A DNA stretch of 64,000 bases from Candidatus Poribacteria bacterium (GCA_965242965.1 OZ251518.1:1216001-1280000); one strand, 5' to 3'. Counted from the stretch's first letter, positions 11,568-21,871 are shown. Program-made: numbers and translations. Notes: generated by a model from the letters alone, not told the origin.

Positions 11568-12488
11568 TCATCTCCTCCGTCTTAAAACGAAAAATGCGAT
11601 AATCGCGATGGCAAGAACCGGCAGCCAGGGGAAGTTACCAATTGGGTTGCGCCGCGGCTTTCGGGGTTGTTGTACCGGTGTCGCCGGTGCCACTTGTTGC
11701 GATGGCGGCGTTTCACTGGCGCGCATCGCAATAGCCACGTTGCTCGGCGGCGTTGTCAGCCGCTGAATTAAGTCCAAAGCAATTTCGGGTGTCAGCGGCG
11801 CGATGTCTTCAAACACTTCTTCGCTACTGACATCCGTTCCGGCATCATCGGTGGTTTCGGCGAGAATCTGTGACACCGCTGCTACCAATTCGCCGGGGTT
11901 GTCTGCGCGCCGATAACTATCTACCATCGTGGCTAACATGTGGTCCGTCTTCATATCCACGCCGATGACATCAATGCGGAGTTGCCGTTTGAGGACTTCC
12001 GGTGTATACTGCCGAACTTTGCGCGCATCCGATGCCTCGCCATCTGTTACAACTAACAGCCGATAACTTCCGTAGTTATACTGCTTTTCACGCTGTTCCA
12101 AGAGGCGATTCGCGCCGAGGCGGATGTATTTTCCGAGGGGCGTGCCGCCACTCGGCCGAGGGCTGTCAATCGCCGCCATCAGCCTCGGCATATCAACCTG
12201 TCCTAACGGATACACCCAGTCGTTCCGAACGTTCGCGCCGCTGAAAACCAGCAGGCCGATGTGCGTATCCGCAGGAACTTTCGCCAAGACTTCCCGCAAT
12301 GCCGCCTTTGCCGCGTCCATCTTGGTCAGCGTCCGGTCGCTGCTAAATCTGTCTTTCATGGAGCCGGAGGCATCCAAGATGACGACGATATTATCGGAGT
12401 GGAGTGCATCATCGGCACGACTCATCTGAACGCAAACTAGCACGCTCAGGAAGAGCAGGCACCATAAGTTTCGCTGTCTCATATCCAT
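11568..12488 (-). CDS. Exported von Willebrand factor A domain protein with C-terminal TM anchor
   Basis: MIDAS motif ILDASGSM, GGTPLG, VVTDGEAS; signal peptide; C-terminal TM followed by RRRR. Confidence 0.85.
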   Translation of the reverse strand: MDMRQRNLWCLLFLSVLVCVQMSRADDALHSDNIVVILDASGSMKDRFSSDRTLTKMDAAKAALREVLAKVPADTHIGLLVFSGANVRNDWVYPLGQVDMPRLMAAIDSPRPSGGTPLGKYIRLGANRLLEQREKQYNYGSYRLLVVTDGEASDARKVRQYTPEVLKRQLRIDVIGVDMKTDHMLATMVDSYRRADNPGELVAAVSQILAETTDDAGTDVSSEEVFEDIAPLTPEIALDLIQRLTTPPSNVAIAMRASETPPSQQVAPATPVQQPRKPRRNPIGNFPWLPVLAIAIIAFFVLRRRR

Positions 12489-12642
12489 TCCCTACGGTTT
12501 CAGTAGGAGAGACCTCCCGGGCTCGATGTCCCCGTAGGAGAGACCTCCTGGTCTCGATTTTTCGTATCGGGACAGGGATATCCCTCCTACCAGAATCGGG
12601 ACAGGGATGTCCCTCCTACAGCTCTTGACTCTCGCGAATCCA

Positions 12643-14511
12643 TCAAAAATCGAAATCAGAAACGGCGACTGCCTCCGCCGATACCTTAATCAATGCAAAT
12701 TCAACTCGGCGATTTTCTGCCGCCTCCGCGGGGCTTGTCGGTTTAGCGATAAGCGGTTCCTTAATCCCCACCCCGACCGGCACGATCTGGTCCGGATCGA
12801 TGCGTGCATTTTTGCGGCGCGCGTAATCAATAATCGCATCCTTCACCGCTTCACCGCGCTGTTCTGAGAGTTTCAGAGCTGCTTTCATCACCTGATACGG
12901 ATTTTCAGCGGCGTTCGCGCTATCAAACTTTTTTCGTTCAATGAGACGCATTAAGGCAGCAGTATCCTCAAGGCTGAACGCTTTTCCGTCCATAAAGTAT
13001 TTGTAATTCCCGCGGCTGCCGGTGCGTTTCAAAACCCCGCTTTGTAGCCCCGATTTCACCAGGACACTCAGCGTTCGCGAAGGATCGCTGTGGCCCTTGA
13101 TTGCGATAGCGGCGTTGCCGTATTTGGAGGCAAGTTCCACCACCCGGTCGAATTCAGAACGATACTCGTTGCCACTGAAGGTGTCCTGATTCGCCTTGAA
13201 TTGTATGGTGAAGGAGATAAGCGTCTTTTCGTCCAGCACCGCGTCTTCGTTAAACGTCTCAATTTCGGCGCGCACCACCTCTTTTTTGAACCGCTGCTGC
13301 TCAAGTTGCGCCGCGTCATCGACGGTTGTCGTGAGCAAATCCTTAAAGACAGACGCGTTAAAATTCAGATCGGACGGCAACAGCGCGTAGCGTTGCTTGG
13401 CGAAACCCCAGTTGACAGCCATGTCCAACCCCGCTTTGTTGAATCCCTCAAAGCCGCTGATGGTATTCCTCGGGTCATTGAAGAAAGCGATGTTGCCGGG
13501 TTGTCCGACGAAAGTGCAATCGGCGATGAGCCCGTGCGCGTCTTCCTCTAGCGTGGGAAGCACGTCTCTGCCGTAGATAGTCTGCATCATCGTTAGCAGC
13601 GTGATGTATTTCGCGGAACCGCTTGATTCATAAGCCTTTTTCAGGGCGATTACCTCCTCTGCGCCTTTGAGGTACCCGGCGAAGAAGCGTTCGACAAAAG
13701 GCTTGTAGGCATCGTAGAAATCCTTGCGGCACGCGTAGACATCGGCGATGGAGCGAGAGAGCGTCGCAGTGCTAACGACGACGTGCGCGCCTTTCACCGT
13801 GCCTTCCGCCCCTGTCCCCGTATTCTCCGCACCGCCTGTCAACCCAAGCATATCTGGCGTGATGACGAAGCAGCCAGCGATGGAGGCATCGTTGCGGAAA
13901 CGTTCCGCGGGCCCCTTCGCGCCAGTCAATTCATCTACCCAGACAATCTGCACATTTGACTTGGTGAGCCGCGCCGAGTTCAGCATATCGTAAAGCATGC
14001 CGACGTGCGGGCCGCCCTGTTGAATGGCAATCTTTTTGCCGTTTAAATCAGCAATCCTCCGAATGTTGGCCCGCCCGACAAAATGGTCTCCTGCAGACCA
14101 GGTGAGTTGTCCAAACACAACCGGTTTAGTCCGCGCATCGCGTCCGATCGCTTCACTCGCTTGCGCTATCATCCGAAACGTCCCGCGCAGGAAAGGGGAT
14201 TTGCCGGCGAGATAATCGCGTACCTGCTGCTGGAAATCGTCGCCCGGCACCAATTTCAGATTCATGCCTATCTCTTCCATGATGGTTCCCTGTTGCGTCG
14301 TCAGTCCACCGTTGGCGTGGAAGAGTGCGGCTTCGCCGCCCCAGGTAATATAAGGCACGACAAGCGGTGCAATCGCTGTTACCTCTTTGATGGTAACGGG
14401 CCCGACTGCATCGGCGAAACGTTGCTGTGCATCTGCCCGCGGCACAAAAATCAGGATGAACAAGCATATCAATAACGTGGCATTTCTTTTCATTAGTTTT
14501 TTTCTCCTCAT
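12643..14511 (-). CDS. Exported substrate-binding + OmpA-family domain fusion
   Basis: Signal peptide ..ADA|Q; IADVYACRKDF; C-terminal IKGHSD..LSEQRG..GVG..ENRRVEF OmpA motif. Start may be at 14493. Confidence 0.75.
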   Translation of the reverse strand: MRRKKLMKRNATLLICLFILIFVPRADAQQRFADAVGPVTIKEVTAIAPLVVPYITWGGEAALFHANGGLTTQQGTIMEEIGMNLKLVPGDDFQQQVRDYLAGKSPFLRGTFRMIAQASEAIGRDARTKPVVFGQLTWSAGDHFVGRANIRRIADLNGKKIAIQQGGPHVGMLYDMLNSARLTKSNVQIVWVDELTGAKGPAERFRNDASIAGCFVITPDMLGLTGGAENTGTGAEGTVKGAHVVVSTATLSRSIADVYACRKDFYDAYKPFVERFFAGYLKGAEEVIALKKAYESSGSAKYITLLTMMQTIYGRDVLPTLEEDAHGLIADCTFVGQPGNIAFFNDPRNTISGFEGFNKAGLDMAVNWGFAKQRYALLPSDLNFNASVFKDLLTTTVDDAAQLEQQRFKKEVVRAEIETFNEDAVLDEKTLISFTIQFKANQDTFSGNEYRSEFDRVVELASKYGNAAIAIKGHSDPSRTLSVLVKSGLQSGVLKRTGSRGNYKYFMDGKAFSLEDTAALMRLIERKKFDSANAAENPYQVMKAALKLSEQRGEAVKDAIIDYARRKNARIDPDQIVPVGVGIKEPLIAKPTSPAEAAENRRVEFALIKVSAEAVAVSDFDF

Positions 14512-14576
14512 TTCTCCTCATTGGGGTGAGTCTATTTTTATTTTACCATAACAGGTTGGAAAATGTCCAGTTAATT

Positions 14577-14810
14577 GAGGGTATTTCATAAATGGTTGAA
14601 AAACGTCAGGAGATGGGGTATCCCAGCATGAAGAACCAACAACATTTTAGGATACACCCCATGAACTCTCCTCACATGCATTAGTATATCATATTGCTTT
14701 TTTCTTTGCTAGTTGATTTTTTTACTACCCGGAACCCATCCCGGCCCCCGCGCGACGGTAAAAAAAACGTGCTGCTTACCGTAGGGCGAGGGCCTGTCCC
14801 TCGCCATGCC
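14577..14810. repeat. ~230-bp conserved element, copy 1 (starts with the MITE-type TIR)
   Basis: Closely similar to 16824-17055 (GAGGG..TTTCATAA..CAGGAGATG..CATGAAGAACCAACAACATTTTAGG..TTAGTATATCA..GAACCCATCCCGGCCCCCGCGCGACGG). Confidence 0.85.
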
Positions 14811-15680
14811 TCGATCGGGAGGGAAATGGCCTTGGTTGGCGTGTGGTTTTCGCGCAGGTCGAGTGATCGCGGGGGACAGGCCCCCGCGCTACGGTATGCC
14901 AGGCCATCTCCTTTCACCGTAGGGCGAGGGCCTGTCCCTCGCCGTGCCTCGATCTACACGGGAAACGGCTTTGGGCGGCGTGCGTTTTTCGCGCAAGTCG
15001 AACGCTCGCGGGGGACAGGCCCCCGCGCTACGGGCCAGGAAGGATTCTCCTTGTCATGCGCCGTTCGGGAACAGGCGAGCCCGAACTACGGTCTTCTCAA
15101 GGTCCTTTAGGTCCTTAATGTCTATAGTATACTTAATGTTTTCTGCGGCGTTACGTGTGCTGCACATTAAGGACCTAAAGGACCTTAGTGTTTTTTTTGG
15201 TCGGTGGGATACTATAGACATGCAGGACCTAAAGGACCTGAAGAGATTTTTTTCACGAGTGTGATCGCGGGGGACAGGCCCCCGCGCTACGGTTAGTGGA
15301 CCGCCTCCGTTTACCGTAGGGCGAGGGCCTGTCCCTCGCCGTGCCTCGGTCGGAACGGGAAAACGGCTTTGGGCGGCGTGCGGTTTTCGCGCAGGTCGAG
15401 TGATCGCGGGGGAAACCCGCTCGCCTGCGCGTGTGGCATGCGAGGGCCCCCGCGCTACGGGCCAGGAAAGGGTTCGCCTTTCCATGCGCCTGTTCGGGAT
15501 CAGGCGAGCCCGAACTACGGTCACTGCGGCACGCGAGCGATCGCGGGGGACAGGCCCCCGCGCTACGGAATAATCTTGCGAATCGTGAAAATCGTGTAAA
15601 TCCTGCTCCTCTCTGGCGAATCTTGGAAATCGTGTAAATCTTGCTCCTCTCTGGCGAATCGTGAAAATCCTGCTCAAATA
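14780..15680. repeat. Mixed REP-like palindrome cluster and AATCCTG/AATCGTG short tandem repeats
   Basis: Alternating GTAGGGCGAGGGCCTGTCCCTCGCC and CGCGGGGGACAGGCCCCCGCGCTAC, an AGGTCC..CTATAG unit, and 9-mer-like AATCCTG repeats. Confidence 0.9.
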
Positions 15681-15735
15681 TATAACCCACGCTCGCCGAT
15701 ACAGAGAGTTCTCCCTGGTTATCAAGATTCTCCAA

Positions 15736-16800
15736 TCACGGTCTGGGCATCGGCTTTGAACTCTTCGCCTTTCCCCACGTGGTGGTGAGCAACCGCGGTT
15801 GCGGCGCGACCGGCAGTGCCGCCGGATCGAACCAATCCGCATCGAAATTGGAACCCTCGAAAGTGAGTTGTTCAACAACACCGCCACCTAAAGCAACCTT
15901 GAAAAGTTGGAGCTCATTGCCAACGAGTTGATGATAAATCAAGTCATCTCCCCGTGGAGACCAGGTTGGTTCGGACGTTTTCGTGCCATCCAAGGCGACA
16001 ATCTGTTTTAACCCGTTCCCATCGCGATTGATGGAATAGATGGTAGTCTGGATATCAACCGGTTTCCCTTCTCCTTTGATGACAACTCCTTGCTTGTCGC
16101 CAGCTTTTAGGGCATCGCGTGCCTCTTCTGCCTTGTCGGCGATGAAATCGAATAACTCTAGCCGAGTAAAGGCGAGTTGCGTGCCATCGGGACTCCACGC
16201 CAAGTCCATGGCGACGGCACCTTTCATAGGGGCAATTACCTCCTCCACCTGAGTCTCTACGTTGATGGCGCGAATCTCGCCGTTTGCCCCAACAAAAGCA
16301 ATCTCGGTTCCACCGGGAGACCAGGTAGGAAAGCTGCCATCTGCTAACGGCTCTTCACGTGCTCCCTCAATAGCGGCGATGTAGAGCCTCGTCACTTTTT
16401 TGTCTTTCTGATTGAGACTGCCGCGCACGTAGGCGATGCGTTTTCCATCGGGTGCCCACGTCGGATGTTGTCTCACATCCCATTGCCGGAAAACGCGTCT
16501 GGTGTTTCGTCCATCCGCGTTCATGAGATAGAGATCGAGAAAGCCATCGCGGTCGGACGTGAAAAGGATGTGCCTTCCTGTCGGAGACCAGGTGGGGTGG
16601 TAGTTGTTTCCATCCAAATGAGTCAAACCCTCCGGCTCAGTGCCATCGGGATTCATCAGATAAATGTCCCATGCACCATCGCGATTTGAGGAGAACACGA
16701 TTTTGGCAGTTGCCGGGGCTCTAGCAAGGCTTACCGCAACGCTGGCGAGCATCAGTACCAAACTGAGCGCGCCAAAATATGAAAAATGCATCCGTTTCAT
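15736..16800 (-). CDS. TolB-like (PD40/WD40-like) beta-propeller protein with C-terminal LTTTWG motif
   Basis: Repeated PTWSP(D/T)G motifs; KIVFSSNRDG; C-terminus LPVAPQPRLLTTTWGK. Confidence 0.88.
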   Translation of the reverse strand: MKRMHFSYFGALSLVLMLASVAVSLARAPATAKIVFSSNRDGAWDIYLMNPDGTEPEGLTHLDGNNYHPTWSPTGRHILFTSDRDGFLDLYLMNADGRNTRRVFRQWDVRQHPTWAPDGKRIAYVRGSLNQKDKKVTRLYIAAIEGAREEPLADGSFPTWSPGGTEIAFVGANGEIRAINVETQVEEVIAPMKGAVAMDLAWSPDGTQLAFTRLELFDFIADKAEEARDALKAGDKQGVVIKGEGKPVDIQTTIYSINRDGNGLKQIVALDGTKTSEPTWSPRGDDLIYHQLVGNELQLFKVALGGGVVEQLTFEGSNFDADWFDPAALPVAPQPRLLTTTWGKAKSSKPMPRP

Positions 16801-16823
16801 CGTCAATTTCTCCTGATTCAAAT

Positions 16824-17055
16824 GAGGGGGTTTCATAACTCGTTGTAAAATGTCAGGAGATGAGGTATCCTAGCATGAAGAACCAACAACATTTTAGGCG
16901 ACATCCCGTGAAGTTTCCTGACATACATTAGTATATCACATTGCTTTTTTCTTTGCTAGTTGATTTTTTTTGCCATCCAGAACCCATCCCGGCCCCCGCG
17001 CGACGGTAAAAAAAACGTGCTGCTTACCGTAGGGCGAGGGCCTGTCCCTCGCCAT
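16824..17055. repeat. ~230-bp conserved element, copy 2
   Basis: Direct repeat of 14577-14810, followed by a REP cluster to ~17440. Confidence 0.85.
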
Positions 17056-17449
17056 GCCTAGGTCGGAACGAGAAACGGCCTTGGCCAGTGGACGATTTTC
17101 GCGCAGGTCGAACGATCGCGGGGGACAGGCCCCCGCGCTACGGTTTGCAAGGCCGTCTCCGTTTTACCGTAGGGCGAGGGCCTGTCCCTCGCCGTGCCTC
17201 GATCGGGAGGGAAATGGCCTTAGTTGGCGTGCGTTTTTCGCGCGGGTCGGGCGATCGCGGGGGACAGGCCCCCGCGCTACGGGCCAGGAAGGGGTTCTCC
17301 TCGCTATGCACCGTTCGGGATCAGGCGCTCCCGAACTACGGTCTCCAGCTCCAATCTTGCGAATCGTGATAATCGTGTAAATCCTGCTCCTCTCTGGCTA
17401 ATCCTGGAAATCTTGAAAATCCTGCTCAAAATCCTGCTCATCATTAATC

Positions 17450-17478
17450 TTGACATCTTTCCTGGAATATGATATTAT
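17450..17478 (+). promoter_or_regulatory. sigma70 promoter of tatA
   Basis: TTGACA-17-TATTAT with extended TG. Confidence 0.7.
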
Positions 17479-17539
17479 ATCTATAATATCACGCGTGCAT
17501 CGTTAAATCACGCGGATTTTGTTAATAGGGAGGCAAAAT

Positions 17540-17752
17540 ATGTTTGGAGGTCTTGGTCCTTGGGAACTATTAATTGTGTTAGCCATCGTGCTACTCATCT
17601 TCGGTGGGAAACGCCTACCAGACCTGGCGCGTGGACTCGGGAAGAGTATCAGTAACTTTAAGTCCGGCCTCAACGAAGAACCCGATGAGGCTGATACCGA
17701 TACTGCAACGACTCGCGAGAAAGAACCGCCGCAGAAGAAGCAGTCGAGTTAA
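17540..17752 (+). CDS. tatA: Twin-arginine translocase TatA/TatE subunit
   Basis: MFGGLGPWELLIVLAIVLLIFGGKRLPDLARGLGKSISNFKSG; SD GGGAGG. Confidence 0.96.
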   Translation: MFGGLGPWELLIVLAIVLLIFGGKRLPDLARGLGKSISNFKSGLNEEPDEADTDTATTREKEPPQKKQSS

Positions 17753-17827
17753 GAAGCAACCCGCGAATTCGTTCCTTGTAGGCACGCTTTCAAAGCGTGC
17801 CTAGCGGAAATCCTAAAGGGAGAAAAA

Positions 17828-18151
17828 ATGAACGACACATTGCCCGATTTCCTTCAGAAGGTCATCGACGAATATCCGGAAGTCTGGCAGGCGTATCAGG
17901 CTCTAGGCGAGGCTTGCAGCAACGCCGGACCTCTTGACGCGAAGACATCACGACTCGTGAAACTCGCTTTGGCCATTGGCGCGAAATCGGAGGGCGCGGT
18001 GCATTCGCACGCACGCCGTGCCCTCCGCGAAGGAGTAACACCCGAAGAATTACAACAAGTAGCGATGCTGGCGGTGACTTCCATCGGCTGGTCCTCGAGT
18101 ATGGCCGCGCTTGCTTGGATTCGGGATGTTACGGAAAAAGAGAAGCGGTAG
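17828..18151 (+). CDS. Carboxymuconolactone decarboxylase family protein
   Basis: GPLDAKTSRLVKLALAIGA..EGAVHSHARRAL..GVTPEEL. Confidence 0.85.
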   Translation: MNDTLPDFLQKVIDEYPEVWQAYQALGEACSNAGPLDAKTSRLVKLALAIGAKSEGAVHSHARRALREGVTPEELQQVAMLAVTSIGWSSSMAALAWIRDVTEKEKR

Positions 18152-18506
18152 GAGGGACATCCTTGTCCCGATAAGAACGGTCTCTTTCACCGTAGAGGGC
18201 CCTCGCAGGTTTTCCTCGCCATGCAGCGATCACGGGGGCATTGTATCGTGGTTAAAGAAACGTTAATCCGGCCTGTCCCTCGCCATGCAATGATCGCGGG
18301 GGACAGGCCCCCGCGCTACGGTACTAAGAACGGTCGTTTTCACCGTAGGGCGAGGGCCTGTCCCTCGCCATGCAATGATCGCGGGCGGGCATTGTATCGT
18401 GCAGCGATCGCGGGGGACAGGCCCCCGCGCTACGAATACGAAAAATCGGGACAGGGCGGTTTTTTCCTACATTGACAACAGCAGATTAGCGCGCACGAGG
18501 GGCAAC

Positions 18507-19310
18507 ATGAACCCACTGAAATTCCTGAAAAATCGCATTGAGAGGCTATTTTACAACGCCTATCAAAAACGGTTGGAGACAGAAGCGAATGCGTGGAACA
18601 TTCCGCGCCACATCGGCATCATCCTTGATGGAAATCGCCGCTACGCCAAAGCGAGTGGGCTTGAGGACGTTATCAAGGGACACTACGAAGGCGCGAATAA
18701 ACTGGAAGAGGTGCTTCATTGGTGCGATGAACTCGGCGTGGAGATCTTCTCGATTTGGATTTTCTCGTTGGATAACTTCAAGCGCGCCGAACAGGAAGTG
18801 GAAGGCATCCTCGGCCTGATCGAACGGAAAATGCGGGAGTTGGTTACCATTGAAGGACTCCACGCAAACCAAATCAAGGTGCGGGCAATGGGACAAATCG
18901 AACTGCTCCCACCGAGTCTGCAAGAGGCAATCCGAGATGCAGAGGTTGCAACGCAACATTATGACAAATTTATCCTTAACGTCGCTGTCGCTTATGGCGG
19001 CAGAGAGGAAATTGTCGAGGCGTTTCGGGGGCATCTTAACGCAGAAGCGGCGAAGGGCAAAGACGTTGCCCAAATCGCAGATGAACTGAGCGTTGACAAA
19101 ATCGCGCCGCATCTGTATACATCAAATCTGCCAGACCCCGAGTTAATCATCCGCACGAGCGGCGAGGTGCGGTTATCGGGTTTTCTGCTGTGGCAGAGCG
19201 TCTATTCGGAGTTCTATTTTTGTGATACGTATTGGCCATCGTTTCGGAAGATAGACTTTCTGCGTGCTTTGCGGGCTTATAGCCAACGCAAGCGGCGGTT
19301 TGGGCAATAA
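18507..19310 (+). CDS. uppS: Isoprenyl (cis-prenyl) transferase, UppS family
   Basis: HIGIILDGNRR, FSLDNFKR, YGGREEI, PELIIRTSGEVRLSGFLLWQ, RRFG. Confidence 0.9.
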   Translation: MNPLKFLKNRIERLFYNAYQKRLETEANAWNIPRHIGIILDGNRRYAKASGLEDVIKGHYEGANKLEEVLHWCDELGVEIFSIWIFSLDNFKRAEQEVEGILGLIERKMRELVTIEGLHANQIKVRAMGQIELLPPSLQEAIRDAEVATQHYDKFILNVAVAYGGREEIVEAFRGHLNAEAAKGKDVAQIADELSVDKIAPHLYTSNLPDPELIIRTSGEVRLSGFLLWQSVYSEFYFCDTYWPSFRKIDFLRALRAYSQRKRRFGQ

Positions 19311-19345
19311 TCCGAGGCGGCGCGTGTCTTGGCCCTAATTATCCT

Positions 19346-19620
19346 CAGGGTGTTTCATAAATCCGTTTCGGTAGTTATTCCCCCTTGGGCAGCGAATACG
19401 GATAGAAAAGCGGGGGGCGCATCGGGCCACCTCTGTAGTTCGGGATCGCCCGATCCCGAACGGGTCAGGATCAGGCGATCCTGACCTACAGGAGTGATGA
19501 GGTTTGATAGCAAAACGCATGGCGAGGGCCTGTCCCTCGCCCTACGGGAAGGGACGGCGTTTTTTTCACCGCAGCGCGGGGCCTGTCCCCGCGACGTTGA
19601 GCGATTTATGAAACACCCTC
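19346..19620. mobile_element. MITE-like element with TIRs and REP cargo
   Basis: (C)AGGGTGTTTCATAAAT ... ATTTATGAAACACCCTC; flanks AATTATCCT / AATTATCTT. Confidence 0.7.
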
Positions 19621-19685
19621 AATTATCTTCAGTAGTTTGGGCTCGCCTGAGCCCGAACAGTGAAACCGATGTTCAAGGAAACATT

Positions 19686-20720
19686 ATGGAAAACACCCGA
19701 AAATCGTTAGTCAGTTTAATGGTTTTGGTGCTGCTGTTATTCTGTGGGAGCACCGTTGTCAATGCCCAAACCCCGGAGAAGATTGCCGAAAAAGCGTTGG
19801 GCTCCACGGTGATTTTGACAATGCAACACGCCGATGGTAAAGGTTCATTGGGCAGTGGGTTTTTCGTTGCAGATGGGCAGATTGCCACTAACTATCACGT
19901 TATCAAAGGGGCTGTGAAGGGCACCGCGAAACTGGTCGGTGGGGGAGCAGCCTTTAATATTGAAGGGCATACCGCTATTGATGAAGAACGCGATTTAGCA
20001 GTATTAAAAGTCACGACGCTTCGCGCGCCGCCCCTTTCGCTTGGCGATAGCGACACCGTTAAAGTTGGCGAAACTGTCTACGCCGTAGGTAACCCACGAG
20101 GATTGGAAGGCACGTTCTCGCAGGGTATCATTAGTAGCATCCGGCATGAAGGGAATACGGCGGTGCGTGGCAAGGTCCTCCAGATTACTGCACCGATTTC
20201 TCCGGGAAGCAGCGGCGGTGCAGTGCTAAACAGCAACGGAAAAGTCATTGGCATCGCTGTCGCGACTATCGTTAACGGACAGAATCTCAATTTCGCTATT
20301 CCCTCAAACTATCTTAAAGCACTGCTTGTGCAGGCTGGGGCAGCGAAATCTTTGGCAGCGGACGCGCCCTCTGACGTGCAACGCTTCTTGTTAGAGCTGT
20401 TTATCCTGGGCGTATCTGCCTTCATTGTCATACAGATTTTACCACTCGCAAAAGTTAAAGGGGGTTCAACAACGTTGGGGGTTTCCATCGTCTTTGGGCT
20501 CCTCCAAACCCTCTTGTCAGGAATCCTAACGCTCTTTGTCGTGCCGGTGATAATTCTAGCGTTAGGGCTTGCAGACATCGTCATTAATGCCGTGCTGCTC
20601 TGGTTTACGAATAAACTGTTTCGTGGGTTTGAAATGAACGGATTTTTCAAAACCATTTTCACGGCGGTGCTCATTGCTGGCGTTGAAAGGGCGTTAAATT
20701 GGCTCATCGCCGGTGCTTAA
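19686..20720 (+). CDS. Trypsin-like (S1C) serine protease fused to a C-terminal multi-TM phage-holin-4/YvlD-like domain
   Basis: Signal peptide; GSGF, TNYHVI, RDLAVL, GNPRG, ISPGSSGG triad; hydrophobic C-terminal ~110 aa. Confidence 0.8.
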   Translation: MENTRKSLVSLMVLVLLLFCGSTVVNAQTPEKIAEKALGSTVILTMQHADGKGSLGSGFFVADGQIATNYHVIKGAVKGTAKLVGGGAAFNIEGHTAIDEERDLAVLKVTTLRAPPLSLGDSDTVKVGETVYAVGNPRGLEGTFSQGIISSIRHEGNTAVRGKVLQITAPISPGSSGGAVLNSNGKVIGIAVATIVNGQNLNFAIPSNYLKALLVQAGAAKSLAADAPSDVQRFLLELFILGVSAFIVIQILPLAKVKGGSTTLGVSIVFGLLQTLLSGILTLFVVPVIILALGLADIVINAVLLWFTNKLFRGFEMNGFFKTIFTAVLIAGVERALNWLIAGA

Positions 20721-20786
20721 GCACACGACATTATAGAACGTGGTTCCGATCGAAAACTGAACGATTCTTATAGCTAGGAGAACTCT

Positions 20787-21554
20787 ATGCGATTTGGAAT
20801 TTGTACCGGGTTAGAAAACGTCAATCGGCTCGCAGAAGCCGGGTATGACTACATTGAATTGGGCGTGCAACGCGCGCTCATCCCAGAAGCGGACGAAACC
20901 GAGTTTCAGAAGATTCGCGAACAGGTGGCAGCGGCACCGTTAACGCCGGAGGCATACGCCGGGTTCATTCCGGGTGAACTGCGCGTGACTGGCGATAACG
21001 TCGACTTCCCGCGTCTCTCTCGCTATGTTGAGACAGCGTGCCGGAGAGGACGCGAACTTGGCGGCGAAGTTATCGTCTACGGAAGTGCCGCTTCGCGGAG
21101 CATCGCGGAAGGCTACTCACGCGAACGTGCGTTGGCACAGATCGCCGAATTCCTTGATATGGCTGCGGACCACGGTGAAGCGCACGGCATGACTATCGTC
21201 GTTGAACCTATCTGCAGCAGGGAAGGAAATATCCTTCGCACTGTCGCAGATGGACTCGCCATGGCGAAGCGTGTTAACCGTCCCGCTGTCAGGGCACTCG
21301 CCGACCTTTACCACGTCTGGCAGGAAAATGAACCGATGCAAAACATCCTCGATGCCGCGGAATGGCTGGCGCACGTGCATATTGCCGAACCGGTCAAGCG
21401 TTCCTACCCCGGCAACGACGATTTTGATTTCACCGATTTCTTCACGGCACTCAAGAAGGCTGGCTACGATGGCCGCGTCTCGTGTGAGTGCAAGTTTGAC
21501 GATTTTGAGACAGATATAGAGACGGCGTTGCGAACGATGAAAAGTTATGTCTAA
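20787..21554 (+). CDS. Sugar phosphate isomerase/epimerase (AP_endonuc_2 TIM barrel)
   Basis: GYDYIEL, IVVEP, DLYH, HVHIAE, GYDGRVSCE. Confidence 0.88.
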   Translation: MRFGICTGLENVNRLAEAGYDYIELGVQRALIPEADETEFQKIREQVAAAPLTPEAYAGFIPGELRVTGDNVDFPRLSRYVETACRRGRELGGEVIVYGSAASRSIAEGYSRERALAQIAEFLDMAADHGEAHGMTIVVEPICSREGNILRTVADGLAMAKRVNRPAVRALADLYHVWQENEPMQNILDAAEWLAHVHIAEPVKRSYPGNDDFDFTDFFTALKKAGYDGRVSCECKFDDFETDIETALRTMKSYV

Positions 21555-21871
21555 ATTCGCTCATGTTACCGTGGGTTGAGGGCCTGTCTCAACACGCCGC
21601 GACAGAACGTAGGTTGCGGGCCTGTCCCGCAACACGCCGAGACAGAACATAGGTTGCATATCTGTCTTCAACATGAGTCTCTCATGTTCCCGTAGGTTGC
21701 GGGCCTGTCCCGCAACATTGCTGTAGAGACCAGAGACCGTAGTTCGGGATCGCCTGATCCCGAACGGGCCCGTCCCGCAACATTGCCGCTGTAACGGATA
21801 ATTTCGATTAAAACAGGCACGGCGAGGGACAGGCCCTCGCCCTACGGTAAGAGATAACAAATAGCAGGGAG

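Noticed and set aside
14780-15570. Regularly spaced palindromic repeats as a CRISPR array
   Set aside because: The repeats alternate in type and orientation, the spacers are related to each other, the units are scattered throughout the window, and there are no cas genes. These are REPs.
14681-15887. ORFs over repeat clusters (ARGPVPR / RGTGPRPT / GDRPPRY peptides; also at 17054-17472, 22926-23258, 45197-45681, 46674-47048, 49407-50245, 58986-59620, 63293-63958)
   Set aside because: They are translations of GC-rich REP palindromes, open in many frames, with no protein-like features.
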